From positions 10,836 through 74,835 of the forward strand of contig JBAYJE010000002.1 in NCBI GenBank assembly GCA_041665265.1: 64,000 nt of DNA, given 5' to 3'. The number at the start of each line of letters is the position of its first letter. Position 1 is the first letter of the stretch. The stretch comes from Minisyncoccota bacterium (GTDB lineage Bacteria; Patescibacteriota; Minisyncoccia; UBA6257; GWB1-50-10). The position numbers and the translations under genes were made by a program. Shown one piece after another: positions 10,295-19,725 of this stretch. The notes beneath the pieces were generated by a model. It worked only from the letters and a program-made list of their open reading frames with translations. It was not told the DNA's origin and ran no database searches.

Positions 10295-10304
10295 AGAAGA
10301 AATA

Positions 10305-10943
10305 TTATTTTTCTCCTATTACGATGACAATATCGTTCGTGTTAGCTTCAGAAAGTGGTTCGGTGGTGCCTACGGTGTATTTTTGTTGAACGAGGGAAGT
10401 GAGTTCAGTAATTGAAGTTGTATAACTCTTCTTACTCGCCTTTATTTTAATTAGGGTGATAGGCTCTGTGGCGGGTTGGTTGCCGGTGGTGCTTACGGTA
10501 AATCCATTTGCAACAAGAAGTATTTTTAAAGTTCCTGCGAGCCCTTTAATACCTGTGCTATTTAAAATACTAATTGAAAGATCTGCCTTATTTTCAACAA
10601 TTGTTTCGGGGATAGTTGTGGTTCCTACTACGGGAGTAGAAGTAGCAATGCCTTCTGATGAGGTTGTTATCACGGGAGTTTCAGGAAGTGTGACAGAAGG
10701 AGCGGAAGACTTTCCTGTTTGAGATACTTCTATTGAAAGTTTTTTTGCAACAAAGAGTAATTCAGGGAAATTTATTTGAAGTGGTTCTCCTCCCACTTCG
10801 CTATTTGCCATAAATCCTTGTTGTACGGCTGTGGCGAGAAATGAGGCAGAGCGCCAAAAAACAACCCCAAGGATAATAAGGATGATACCCATCACTGAGG
10901 GGTAGACTATCATTTGAAGTTTTTTGTTGTGTAAAAAGTCCAT
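10305..10943 (-). CDS. Single-TM protein with LytR C-terminal domain
   Basis: ISILNSTGIKGLAG..GFTVSTTGN..DIVIVIG; Thr/Pro-rich linker. Confidence 0.8.
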   Translation of the reverse strand: MDFLHNKKLQMIVYPSVMGIILIILGVVFWRSASFLATAVQQGFMANSEVGGEPLQINFPELLFVAKKLSIEVSQTGKSSAPSVTLPETPVITTSSEGIATSTPVVGTTTIPETIVENKADLSISILNSTGIKGLAGTLKILLVANGFTVSTTGNQPATEPITLIKIKASKKSYTTSITELTSLVQQKYTVGTTEPLSEANTNDIVIVIGEK

Positions 10944-10949
10944 TAAATA

Positions 10950-11516
10950 TTATTGTGCTTTTCCTCGTGCGTAGACTTTTCCTTGAAGCGCAACACTTAT
11001 TGATTCTCCGATTCCTTGTGCAGTAGGAGAGAGAATACGGAATGAGCGTATCGTAGTGAAATAAGGCAACGACTCAAAATGTTTCATAAAATTAATATAT
11101 GAGGCGAATGTTCCAGTAAGATTCGCAGAGAAGTCTATTGAGGAAAGTATTGTTCCCTCTTGAAGAGTAAGTTGTGTTACCGGCGTTCCAAACTGAGAGG
11201 TAATCTGTATGGAATTTTGTGCAGCAACCGAATTTAAAAGCCCAATAAATTCTACAATATTATCGTCGGGTATATAGGCATTGAGAACCTTGGTATCCGC
11301 ATCTCCTACACGCGCAAATTGAGTACGAAGTGTGTTTACTACTTCACTGCGGCGCTCAAAGAAAAAAGCGGAGCGTTTTGTTTCAATGAGCGAGGTACCA
11401 ATTTTTGTTATTTGATTACGTATGATGATTACTCCCGTAGTAGTTGCCACAAGAATAAGTAAGGCGACAATCACCTTTTTGAGAAGTATGAAAATAAGAT
11501 TATTACTTTTTAACAT
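10950..11516 (-). CDS. PilO-like alignment protein
   Basis: TM, coiled coil, GTFASYINFMKHFESLPYF ferredoxin-like fold; follows pilM/N. Confidence 0.7.
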   Translation of the reverse strand: MLKSNNLIFILLKKVIVALLILVATTTGVIIIRNQITKIGTSLIETKRSAFFFERRSEVVNTLRTQFARVGDADTKVLNAYIPDDNIVEFIGLLNSVAAQNSIQITSQFGTPVTQLTLQEGTILSSIDFSANLTGTFASYINFMKHFESLPYFTTIRSFRILSPTAQGIGESISVALQGKVYARGKAQ

Positions 11517-11517
11517 A

Positions 11518-12927
11518 TTATGGATGAAGGTAAATAAATTGAGGATCTTTCAATTGGAATGATAAAGTGAAGGGAATATTTTCTTTTTTATCAATATTCG
11601 TTACTGGCATTTTCACATTAATAAAATCAGCAGACGACTCGAATAAACCACGATACTCATTAAGAAGAGGTCGTGATTGTGCGATACCGTTTATTACAAT
11701 CATTGATTCTGGTGAGGGCGCTGAAATTTCAGAAATAAGAATACCTGAAGAAAAGCGAGTTTTTATTGTATCGAGAAGGATGCTCCATTGTGGAAATTGT
11801 TTGAGAATATTTGCTGATGCAACAAGAAGTTCATTTGTATTTTTAGCTCGAGTTTCGAGTGCTGCTGAATCGGTAGGAACGGGAAGCGTGCTTCCGCGTG
11901 AATATTCTGTGTTCGCATTTTGTTGCACAGTTACCATAACACTCCATACCGTTCCATAAGCCACAAGGAAAAAGAGGCACAACCCAATAATAAGATTAAC
12001 TGTAAAACTACCAAATGCAATTGCGCGTTGATACGCGTAAGCCTGTTCCGTTCCCATAGGCATCAAGCTTAATATGACATCCTCTGCTCGAGGAACTATA
12101 CCGCGCATAGCCGCACCAAGCACCACGAGCCAGTCGCCACCCTTACCTACTTCTTTGGTACGTAATGAAAAGTTACCGGTAAGCTGAAGAGATCCTATTT
12201 TTATCTGAGTTGGTATAATACCCGATTCAACTTCATAAAAACTTGTGAGATTTTGCGTTTCATTTCCTGTTTTCATATATTCTTTTGGAATGGTGCGCAC
12301 AAATCGAGGGAAGCCGTTTTGAATAATAGAAAGTGACACGCCCGAATCATAGGCGAGTTGAATAAGTTGAGGCTCATTTATAGGCGGAACAACACGAGCA
12401 AGACTCAAGGTGTGATATTCTATGGCAACTGGGCTTAATTTTGCACTTTCGAGTGCTGAGATGTAAGCATCTGCCGAAGATTTTAGAATAGCACCGAGTG
12501 CTACTTCATATTGAGTACTATTCGGGGCGGTAATTATTTCCCAATCAACATAAATATCCTCTTGCTTGAAGGGGAGTTGGTAGCCGAGAGAAAGGCGCAT
12601 TGTTTCATTTACTCTAGTTTTTTCAAGAGCTCCAGGGAAGGTGAAGATTTTTGTGTATACCACATCCGTAGGAAGAGAGACGATAACATAACGAACAGGG
12701 CGTGGTGCACGTTTTACAAGGCGTTGTAATGCGCGCACAAATGCGGCGCGATCAGCAACGAGCCCACTTACAATAATGCCCGCTTCTATAGGTTCTTCTA
12801 CAAGTACACTTGCGTGGAACGCGGATGTTTTTTTCTCAGGTTCAAGGAGCGCGAGGCGTAGCGCCGTGTCGCGGATTTCAAGACCGCCCACTGCTTCTTC
12901 AGGTATAAAAATACTTCGAAGGTTCAT
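11518..12927 (-). CDS. PilM-PilN fusion-like pilus alignment protein
   Basis: N-terminal GLEIRDTALR actin-like PilM start, LSLMP linker, TM, then PilN-like C-domain (INGIAQSR..FTLSFQL). Confidence 0.75.
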   Translation of the reverse strand: MNLRSIFIPEEAVGGLEIRDTALRLALLEPEKKTSAFHASVLVEEPIEAGIIVSGLVADRAAFVRALQRLVKRAPRPVRYVIVSLPTDVVYTKIFTFPGALEKTRVNETMRLSLGYQLPFKQEDIYVDWEIITAPNSTQYEVALGAILKSSADAYISALESAKLSPVAIEYHTLSLARVVPPINEPQLIQLAYDSGVSLSIIQNGFPRFVRTIPKEYMKTGNETQNLTSFYEVESGIIPTQIKIGSLQLTGNFSLRTKEVGKGGDWLVVLGAAMRGIVPRAEDVILSLMPMGTEQAYAYQRAIAFGSFTVNLIIGLCLFFLVAYGTVWSVMVTVQQNANTEYSRGSTLPVPTDSAALETRAKNTNELLVASANILKQFPQWSILLDTIKTRFSSGILISEISAPSPESMIVINGIAQSRPLLNEYRGLFESSADFINVKMPVTNIDKKENIPFTLSFQLKDPQFIYLHP

Positions 12928-13029
12928 ATGGCTTTACCTCTTTATTCTAGCAAACGACCATTTTAAATTAGTCTTATAGCAACAACATTTTTTATACAAA
13001 AAGACAGGAGAAAGGAAAAAGGAAATAAT

Positions 13030-13120
13030 TTGACTATTAACAAAATATGTAGCATAATGTTTCTAGCAAATACACTCACATGTACACGTGAGAATTAACA
13101 ATATAAAACATCACAGGAGG
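13030..13120 (+). promoter_or_regulatory. sigma70 promoter and SD
   Basis: TTGACT(13030)-17-CATAAT(13053); AGGAGG at 13115-13120. Confidence 0.7.
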
Positions 13121-13125
13121 TTTTC

Positions 13126-14961
13126 ATGTACTATTTTATCGCGGCGCTTATATGCGCAGTGGTTAGCACTCTTCCTACACTTATCGCTCGGCGATTTGTT
13201 GCTGCGGGAGTTCAGGCATTTGTTTCATTTTGGGTTTTCTGGGGTTGTTTCTACTGGTGGACATTGTCTACGGTATATCCGATGTTCGGAATTCCCGGTT
13301 TATTTGTAGTAGTACTTTGGTGTGTTAGCGCAGCAATCGTATATGACGAGCATGAGAATGGTTGGTTTGTGTGGATTCCAGGAATATTTGGGATATTGGC
13401 TTATCTTGGAGGCGGATGTGTTGGATCTGAATTTGTACGGACTGATGAGTATCAGAAAATGATTGGTACTATGGAAACTCGGGAGTGGACACAAGATGTT
13501 CAGCCCAAGGATCCACGACACATGCGTATGTCTACCAAGGAGAACGCCTTGTATGTTGCTCAAAAAGCAATCGGACAAGATGGCTCTATTGGAAGTCAGT
13601 TTCAAGTTGAGGATGGAGAGATGTCATTGCAGATGATTCAAAAACGTCTATGGTATGTGGCTCCGCTCGAATTTGCAAGTTTTGGAGCATGGAGAGCAAA
13701 AGATTCACCTGGCTACATAATGGTTTCTGCTGAAAATCCTGATGCTCAACCGATACTTGTTAATTTCCCAGAAGGGCAGCAGATGAAGTATTCACCTGGC
13801 GCGTATTTCGAAAATAATCTTGAGCGATACCTTCGAAATCGTGGATATCTCGGTAAGGGTCTTTATAGTCCCAATTTCGAAGTTGATGAAAATGGTCACG
13901 GATGGTGGGTTGTTACGGTATTTGAGCCAACTATTATGTGGTCAGGAGAGCGAGTACAAGGAGTAGTCATTGTTGATCCCGCTACGGGAGATAATACGTT
14001 CTATGAATTAGGAAAAGTACCTTCGTGGGTTGACCGGGTTATTCCTGCAAGTATTATGGATAGCTATCTTGATTGGTGGGGTACCTACGTTCATGGATGG
14101 GGAAATACATTTCCTGTATTTGGATCTCATGCTGATATGGTAGAGGCAAGTGATCAGAGTCTTATTTATGGTACAGACGACGTGCCAGAATGGGTGACTG
14201 ATATTACCTCACAAAACAATAACGATAATTCACTTATTGGACTTGTATACACAAACAGCAGAACCGGAAAGTCCGTTTATTATAAGGTTGCAGGAGGTGG
14301 AACAAACACCGCAGTGTTGCAAGCAGTGAATGAAAATCAACAGATAAAATTCCGCTCTCTTCATGGTGCCGATCCACAACTTTACAATGTATATGGAACA
14401 ATGGCTGCAGTAGTACCACTCTTTAACAACAACCACGCCTTTCAAGGAGTTGCAATAGTTCCTATTGCAAATGTTCAGAAGGTTGCGGTAGGCAATACGC
14501 AATACGATGCGCTTCGTCAGTATGAAAAGATCATTTCCGATCGTGGTGGAGAAGTTGCATTAAGTGCGGAACGCACACTTGTGAAGAAGATTGGTGTTAT
14601 TGATAGACTTGGGTACGAGGTGACGAATACAGGAAATCTGTATTATTTTCATCTTGACAATGTGCCACATCTTTTTACGGCCGGCTCGGGCGATTCTCCA
14701 AAGTTGGTAACCACAGTAAAGGGAGACCGCATTGCAATCGAGTATTATGAATCTAGCCGTGACGTGGTTCCTCTTAAATCATTCGATAATCTCTCGCTCA
14801 AATTGTTGGAAAGTGTTCCGCAAAAAGAAGTGAGAGAAACAGTGGCTAATGACCGCGACGCAAAAGAAGCGAGCGAAGATAGGCCAACAGTCGAGGATAG
14901 AATGAAGAACCTCACTCCGGAAGAACTTCGTCAATTAAAGGAGCAACTTCCGAAGAAGTAA
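13126..14961 (+). CDS. Hypothetical membrane protein, about 4 N-terminal TMs plus large extracellular beta-rich domain
   Basis: 611-aa ORF with own promoter, SD and terminator; no confident function. Confidence 0.75.
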   Translation: MYYFIAALICAVVSTLPTLIARRFVAAGVQAFVSFWVFWGCFYWWTLSTVYPMFGIPGLFVVVLWCVSAAIVYDEHENGWFVWIPGIFGILAYLGGGCVGSEFVRTDEYQKMIGTMETREWTQDVQPKDPRHMRMSTKENALYVAQKAIGQDGSIGSQFQVEDGEMSLQMIQKRLWYVAPLEFASFGAWRAKDSPGYIMVSAENPDAQPILVNFPEGQQMKYSPGAYFENNLERYLRNRGYLGKGLYSPNFEVDENGHGWWVVTVFEPTIMWSGERVQGVVIVDPATGDNTFYELGKVPSWVDRVIPASIMDSYLDWWGTYVHGWGNTFPVFGSHADMVEASDQSLIYGTDDVPEWVTDITSQNNNDNSLIGLVYTNSRTGKSVYYKVAGGGTNTAVLQAVNENQQIKFRSLHGADPQLYNVYGTMAAVVPLFNNNHAFQGVAIVPIANVQKVAVGNTQYDALRQYEKIISDRGGEVALSAERTLVKKIGVIDRLGYEVTNTGNLYYFHLDNVPHLFTAGSGDSPKLVTTVKGDRIAIEYYESSRDVVPLKSFDNLSLKLLESVPQKEVRETVANDRDAKEASEDRPTVEDRMKNLTPEELRQLKEQLPKK

Positions 14962-14970
14962 CGTGTAATT

Positions 14971-14999
14971 AAAAGCGCAGGGAAATCCTGCGCTTTTTT
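14971..14999 (+). terminator. Rho-independent terminator
   Basis: AAAAGCGCAGG-GAAAT-CCTGCGCTTTTT. Confidence 0.85.
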
Positions 15000-15024
15000 A
15001 TTTGTTATTGATATAATGAACGAG

Positions 15025-15423
15025 ATGAATGTAACTTATATTTGGTATTCTCAATTAGCGAAGCCCTCGTGGGCCCCGCCTTCATGGCTTTTTGGTCCTG
15101 TGTGGTCATTTCTTTATATTTTGATCGCTCTTTCATTTGGTAAGGTATTTGTAATGATGTGGCAAAAACGACTTACCTTCCTGGTGACATTACCTTTTAT
15201 TTTAAATCTTATTTTTAATTTTGCATTTACTCCACTGCAGTTTGGATTGAAAAATAATATTCTTGCCTCTCTTGATATCATCCTTATTCTTGGAACACTT
15301 ATTTGGGCAATGGTTGCGATCTATCCCCATGTCCGTTGGATTGCTTATATTCAAGTTCCATATTTACTCTGGGTTTCGTTTGCGACGGTATTACAGCTCA
15401 CAATCACTTATTTAAATAGATAG
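15025..15423 (+). CDS. tspO: TspO/MBR tryptophan-rich sensory protein
   Basis: WYSQLAKPSWAPPSWLFGPVW and PYLLWVSFA; ATG 15025 lies 7 nt after TATAAT. Confidence 0.9.
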   Translation: MNVTYIWYSQLAKPSWAPPSWLFGPVWSFLYILIALSFGKVFVMMWQKRLTFLVTLPFILNLIFNFAFTPLQFGLKNNILASLDIILILGTLIWAMVAIYPHVRWIAYIQVPYLLWVSFATVLQLTITYLNR

Positions 15424-15459
15424 ATTCATAATAGGTAGGTGGTCAGGACAAAGAGAAAT

Positions 15460-15488
15460 AAAAAACAGCCGCATGAAATGCGGCTGTT
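15460..15488 (-). terminator. Rho-independent terminator
   Basis: AACAGCCGCAT-GAA-ATGCGGCTGTT with T-tract on the minus strand. Confidence 0.75.
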
Positions 15489-16050
15489 AGGATGATGTGT
15501 TGGCATTGCCAGATATTTTTTTGATCTCATCACGAAGCGCTGCTGCTTTTTCATAATCCTCTTTTTCAATAGCATCTTTTAATGTTTTCTTAAGCTGCTC
15601 AAGAGGACTTAGTAGCTCGTTTGATGGGATGCTTGTTTCTTCTTCATCGGAGAGATCTTCGGGATTTTCCGTAAGTATTTTCTCTGATGCAAACATAGGA
15701 ACTTGGAAATAGAGAGCAAGAAAAATTGCATCACTTGGACGGGCGCGAATTTTTCCACGATTAGTAAGAATAGATGCAGAAAGCACGTCACCTTCTTTCC
15801 AACTCGTGATTGTTATTTCTTTTACCTTTCCTCCGAAACGAATCATAAGTATTGCAGCGAGTTCATGAATAAAGAGATGTTCAGATTTCGTTTTTGAAAG
15901 GAGATTTTTGATTGCAAAGATCCCAGACAAATCCGTCATGATGCAGAGAAATCGATCTCCAAAACGTTCTCCTAGTATAATCATCCCTTCTTTCTCAAGA
16001 GACTCTTCATCCATCGCCAACTCCGAAAGAACCACTTCTACCTTTTTCAT
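15487..16050 (-). CDS. Bifunctional nuclease (DUF151) family protein with C-terminal UVR domain
   Basis: ARPSDAIFLAL motif; LKDAIEKEDYEKAAALRDEI UvrB/C helix; AAAGGAG SD. Confidence 0.85.
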   Translation of the reverse strand: MKKVEVVLSELAMDEESLEKEGMIILGERFGDRFLCIMTDLSGIFAIKNLLSKTKSEHLFIHELAAILMIRFGGKVKEITITSWKEGDVLSASILTNRGKIRARPSDAIFLALYFQVPMFASEKILTENPEDLSDEEETSIPSNELLSPLEQLKKTLKDAIEKEDYEKAAALRDEIKKISGNANTSS

Positions 16051-16152
16051 AGAGGCACTCCTTTCTTGTGAATATTATTAAGTCTTCTAGAATCACGATA
16101 TGCTGGAATGAGAGGCGAGTCAATATCACATTTTTTGTGATATTATTGTGTT

Positions 16153-16941
16153 ATGAAACTTGTGTGTTTAAATGCGTGGGAAGGAAAAAGGCTTGATGCA
16201 CTTACCCAATTTATAAAGAATACAAGAGAGGAAACAGATTTTTTTTGTTTTCAGGAGATTTTTCATGCAAATTATATTGAAAAGGAAAATCCGCATTTTT
16301 GCCTCAGTCTTTTAGATAACCTTTTAGCACTTCTCCCGGGATTTTACTCTTCGTTTGCCCCCATGCTTTCTGCGAGTGACTTTTCGAAAGGTTTTGCTAC
16401 TGGTGTTTCGGTAGGAAACACCATTTTTTCGAAAGAGGAATTTGAGATTGTTGATGAAGGGAATTTTTATACATTTGGATCTTCTTATGAATTTGTTGAA
16501 AAAGATCCACACAAGGTAAGTATCTTGCAGTACACAAAAATACGTATTGCGGACAAGATTCTCACTCTTGCAAATGTGCACGGCATTGCTCGCTGGCCTA
16601 AAGTTGATACCCCCGAACGTTTCGAACAATTAAAGAACATTCAGGAATTTCTCGCAAAAAGTGGGACACCCATGATTCTTTGTGGTGATTTCAATCTTTT
16701 TCCAAATACTGAAAGTATCAAGGCGCTTGGAAAGAATATGAGAAATCTTACTAAAGAATTTTCAATTTCTACTACACGAAGTAGCATCGCGCGCCAGCAA
16801 TTTAGCGCTCAGATTGATAAGGATACTATTTCAGATTATGTGTTTGTATCGCCCGATATCCAAGTTCGGTCATTTACTGTTCCAGAAATGGAAGTATCGG
16901 ATCATTTACCTTTGAAGCTCGATTTTATTATTGATGTGTAG
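16153..16941 (+). CDS. Endonuclease/exonuclease/phosphatase (EEP) family protein
   Basis: LNAW, CFQE, NVH, CGDFN, DYVFVS, SDHLPL motifs. Confidence 0.9.
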   Translation: MKLVCLNAWEGKRLDALTQFIKNTREETDFFCFQEIFHANYIEKENPHFCLSLLDNLLALLPGFYSSFAPMLSASDFSKGFATGVSVGNTIFSKEEFEIVDEGNFYTFGSSYEFVEKDPHKVSILQYTKIRIADKILTLANVHGIARWPKVDTPERFEQLKNIQEFLAKSGTPMILCGDFNLFPNTESIKALGKNMRNLTKEFSISTTRSSIARQQFSAQIDKDTISDYVFVSPDIQVRSFTVPEMEVSDHLPLKLDFIIDV

Positions 16942-16946
16942 AGTTA

Positions 16947-18347
16947 CTATAAAAAAGTTTTTGCAAGAATGATAACAAAGTACCAGTAAAAGAGCGTTGC
17001 AGCCATCATTGCTATATTAGTAAATACCCCCGGACGTAATGGTTTCGCTAATTTTGCATTGTTTAAATAAATGAGAATAGGAATATAAATCGCCATAGTG
17101 AATCCACCAAGTGCCGCACTTATTGAGAGAAGTGCAAGAGGCTGTTTCATAGGAAGAAGTAGTGCGCTTGTTATTACGAGCGTGGTTATGGAGACGTAGT
17201 AGAGCTTGTGAATGGATATGGTTGCAAGAGAGGTGAGATATTTTTTAAATGGACCGATACGAGAGTTAACGTAGAAGATATCGCTTACAATTCTTGTGAA
17301 TGCGTCGAGCACGGTCCACATAACTGAAAAGAGCATAAGGAAGGCCATAATAAGAAAGAGATTAAACCCAAGTATGCCCCAGGTGGCACCAAAAATATGT
17401 GCTTGTGCCACCGCGACATTAAGACCCTCGGGTACAAGTCCTTTTGGGGTGAGGGTGGCATATGCGTTCATACTGAGGAGTATGAGTGTGACGAGGCCAA
17501 GAAACCAGAAAATAACACCCTGATCAATGCGAATAAAGCGCATCCAATGTTTCCAGCGCGCAATATTTTCTTTGTGAATATCGAATCGATAACCACGAAA
17601 GGAGACCGCCTCTTCCTTTCCAGTAATTGGATTAATAATACGTCCTACGTATTTTCCCATTCCTGTTTGTTTGTCTCGATACCAAAGGGAGGTGCAGAGA
17701 TTAAGTAATCCTCCCGCACCCGCAAATGCAATTGCACCCAAAAACACCACCATGTCGATTCCTTCGGGGAAGTATCCAAAATGAGTGATACCTTTGAGCA
17801 TTTCAGAAAAATCAACCGAAGAGAGATTGAAAAAACTCGAAATAATAAGAAGTGTAAAAAATGTTGGTACAATTATTTTGAGAGATTGCTCAAGGATTCG
17901 GTAAGCAACTTTTCCCGCAAATGTGAGTATAAGCACAAGGAGGAGGCTTACTAACGCCCATTCAATATAGGTGCCAAATCCAAAAAGTTCGCGAAGTGTG
18001 GTTCCTATAGCTGCGGCCCATCCTGGCCACACATAAAGAAGAATACTTGAAAGAAGCCAGAAGGGCGCAAACCAGCGGAAGATGCGTGATGATGAAGTGA
18101 AGAAGCTTTCGCCCGTGGCTATTGCATGTCGTGCAACCTCTTGATTAATAAAATATTGGAAGGTGATTCCAAGAAATGCTGCCCAGAGCACGCCATACCC
18201 GTACTTGGTGACAAGGTGAGGCCACAAGATAAGTTCTCCGGTGCCAATAGCAAGTCCCATTACTACCACGCCCACACCAAGCGCCTTTCTCCAATGAGGA
18301 GGCTCGGGAAGCTCTCGTGTTTCGAATTCACCATAATGTTGCTCCAT
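16947..18347 (-). CDS. Nramp-like (APC superfamily) transporter
   Basis: LGVGVVVMGLAIGTGELILWP, ATGES, about 11 TMs; ATG 18347 follows TATACT by 6 nt. Confidence 0.8.
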   Translation of the reverse strand: MEQHYGEFETRELPEPPHWRKALGVGVVVMGLAIGTGELILWPHLVTKYGYGVLWAAFLGITFQYFINQEVARHAIATGESFFTSSSRIFRWFAPFWLLSSILLYVWPGWAAAIGTTLRELFGFGTYIEWALVSLLLVLILTFAGKVAYRILEQSLKIIVPTFFTLLIISSFFNLSSVDFSEMLKGITHFGYFPEGIDMVVFLGAIAFAGAGGLLNLCTSLWYRDKQTGMGKYVGRIINPITGKEEAVSFRGYRFDIHKENIARWKHWMRFIRIDQGVIFWFLGLVTLILLSMNAYATLTPKGLVPEGLNVAVAQAHIFGATWGILGFNLFLIMAFLMLFSVMWTVLDAFTRIVSDIFYVNSRIGPFKKYLTSLATISIHKLYYVSITTLVITSALLLPMKQPLALLSISAALGGFTMAIYIPILIYLNNAKLAKPLRPGVFTNIAMMAATLFYWYFVIILAKTFL

Positions 18348-18456
18348 GTGCAAAGTATAGATGCTGTTGTAATGCATAACAATATTAAAATAGAAAGATT
18401 TGCAATTCGATTACTATATCTTGCGATTTTGCTCGAAGTATTACTATAATGAACTT

Positions 18457-18858
18457 ATGAAATTATCACAGTGCAGCCCTCTTCATGCGGGACTTGGAGT
18501 TATTCGTATTGCTATTGGTGCGGTGTTTATATATCACGGCATTATAAAGGTTCTCGCCATGAGTCAAGTCGTCGGCTTTATGGGAGGCCTTGGAATCCCT
18601 TCTTTTCTTGCATATTGTGTGATTATTGGTGAGGTTGTTGGTGGGTTTTTACTTGTGGTGGGATTTTTTGAGCGGTATGCGGCAGGAGTTTTGGCGGCCA
18701 TTATGGTGGGAGCAATGTTTCTTGTAACAAAGCCAAGTTTTCCAGAATACGAATTTGTTCTTCTTTTGGTGCTGTTAGGACTCATTATTTCAGGGGCGGG
18801 ACAGTATCGCATTTTATGTAAATGTGGAATGTGTAATTGTTGCAAAGAGAAAGCTTAA
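18457..18858 (+). CDS. DoxX family membrane protein
   Basis: RIAIGAVFIYHGIIK, EVVGG, GAGQY; Cys-rich tail CKCGMCNCC. Confidence 0.85.
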   Translation: MKLSQCSPLHAGLGVIRIAIGAVFIYHGIIKVLAMSQVVGFMGGLGIPSFLAYCVIIGEVVGGFLLVVGFFERYAAGVLAAIMVGAMFLVTKPSFPEYEFVLLLVLLGLIISGAGQYRILCKCGMCNCCKEKA

Positions 18859-18902
18859 AATTCTGAGACACACATATTCAAACTAAAGCTATAAATAGCG
18901 AA

Positions 18903-18940
18903 ACATATAACAATCGACCCTAGGGTCGATTGTTATATGT
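18903..18940. repeat. 38-bp perfect palindrome
   Basis: ACATATAACAATCGACCCT|AGGGTCGATTGTTATATGT. Confidence 0.95.
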
Positions 18941-18974
18941 AGGAGATTCCGGCTTCTAATGATAAAATAAAAAA

Positions 18975-19667
18975 ATGAAAAAAGTTGCAATATTTGACAT
19001 CGATGGAACTATTTTTCGTTCGAGTTTACTTATTGAGATTACCGAGGCGCTTATTCAGGCGGGTATTTTCCCCACACGAGCACAAAAACTATATCACAAT
19101 GCATACAGGAATTGGCTCAATCGTAAAGATACCTATCACAAATATATTCGTGGTGTCATTAACGCATTTGATGGAAATATTAAAGGTGTAGATCACAATG
19201 CATTTCAGAAGATTGCAGAAGACGTCGTAGAGTTTCATCAAAATCGCGTGTATCGACATACTCGTGATTTAGTAAAGGAACTTAAGAAAAAGAAGTATTA
19301 TATTATTGCTATTTCAAATTCACCGAAAGAGCTTGTAGATGCATTTTGTATCGCTTATGGATTTGATAAATCGTATGGCCGCATATATGAAGTAAGCAAA
19401 AAAGGAAAATTTACTGGTACGGTGTTGCACTTAGATCTTGTAAGTGATAAAGCAAAATTTTTAAAACATATTATTGCAAAAGAAGAACTCTCTTTAAAAG
19501 ACTCAGTGGGAGTTGGTGACTCGGAAGCCGACATTCCTTTTCTCAAATTAGTAGATAAACCAATTTGTTTTAATCCAAATGGAAAATTATATAAACACGC
19601 ACAACGAGCAAAATGGGAGGTAATTGTGGAGCGAAAGGATGTAATTTATCATCTTCACAATGAGTAG
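18975..19667 (+). CDS. HAD-IB family hydrolase
   Basis: FDIDGT, ISNS, K, GDSEAD, NP motifs. Confidence 0.9.
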   Translation: MKKVAIFDIDGTIFRSSLLIEITEALIQAGIFPTRAQKLYHNAYRNWLNRKDTYHKYIRGVINAFDGNIKGVDHNAFQKIAEDVVEFHQNRVYRHTRDLVKELKKKKYYIIAISNSPKELVDAFCIAYGFDKSYGRIYEVSKKGKFTGTVLHLDLVSDKAKFLKHIIAKEELSLKDSVGVGDSEADIPFLKLVDKPICFNPNGKLYKHAQRAKWEVIVERKDVIYHLHNE

Positions 19668-19725
19668 AAAGAGATAGACTTATACACAGTTGCGAATATT
19701 AGCAACTACTATACTTAAGGTATAG

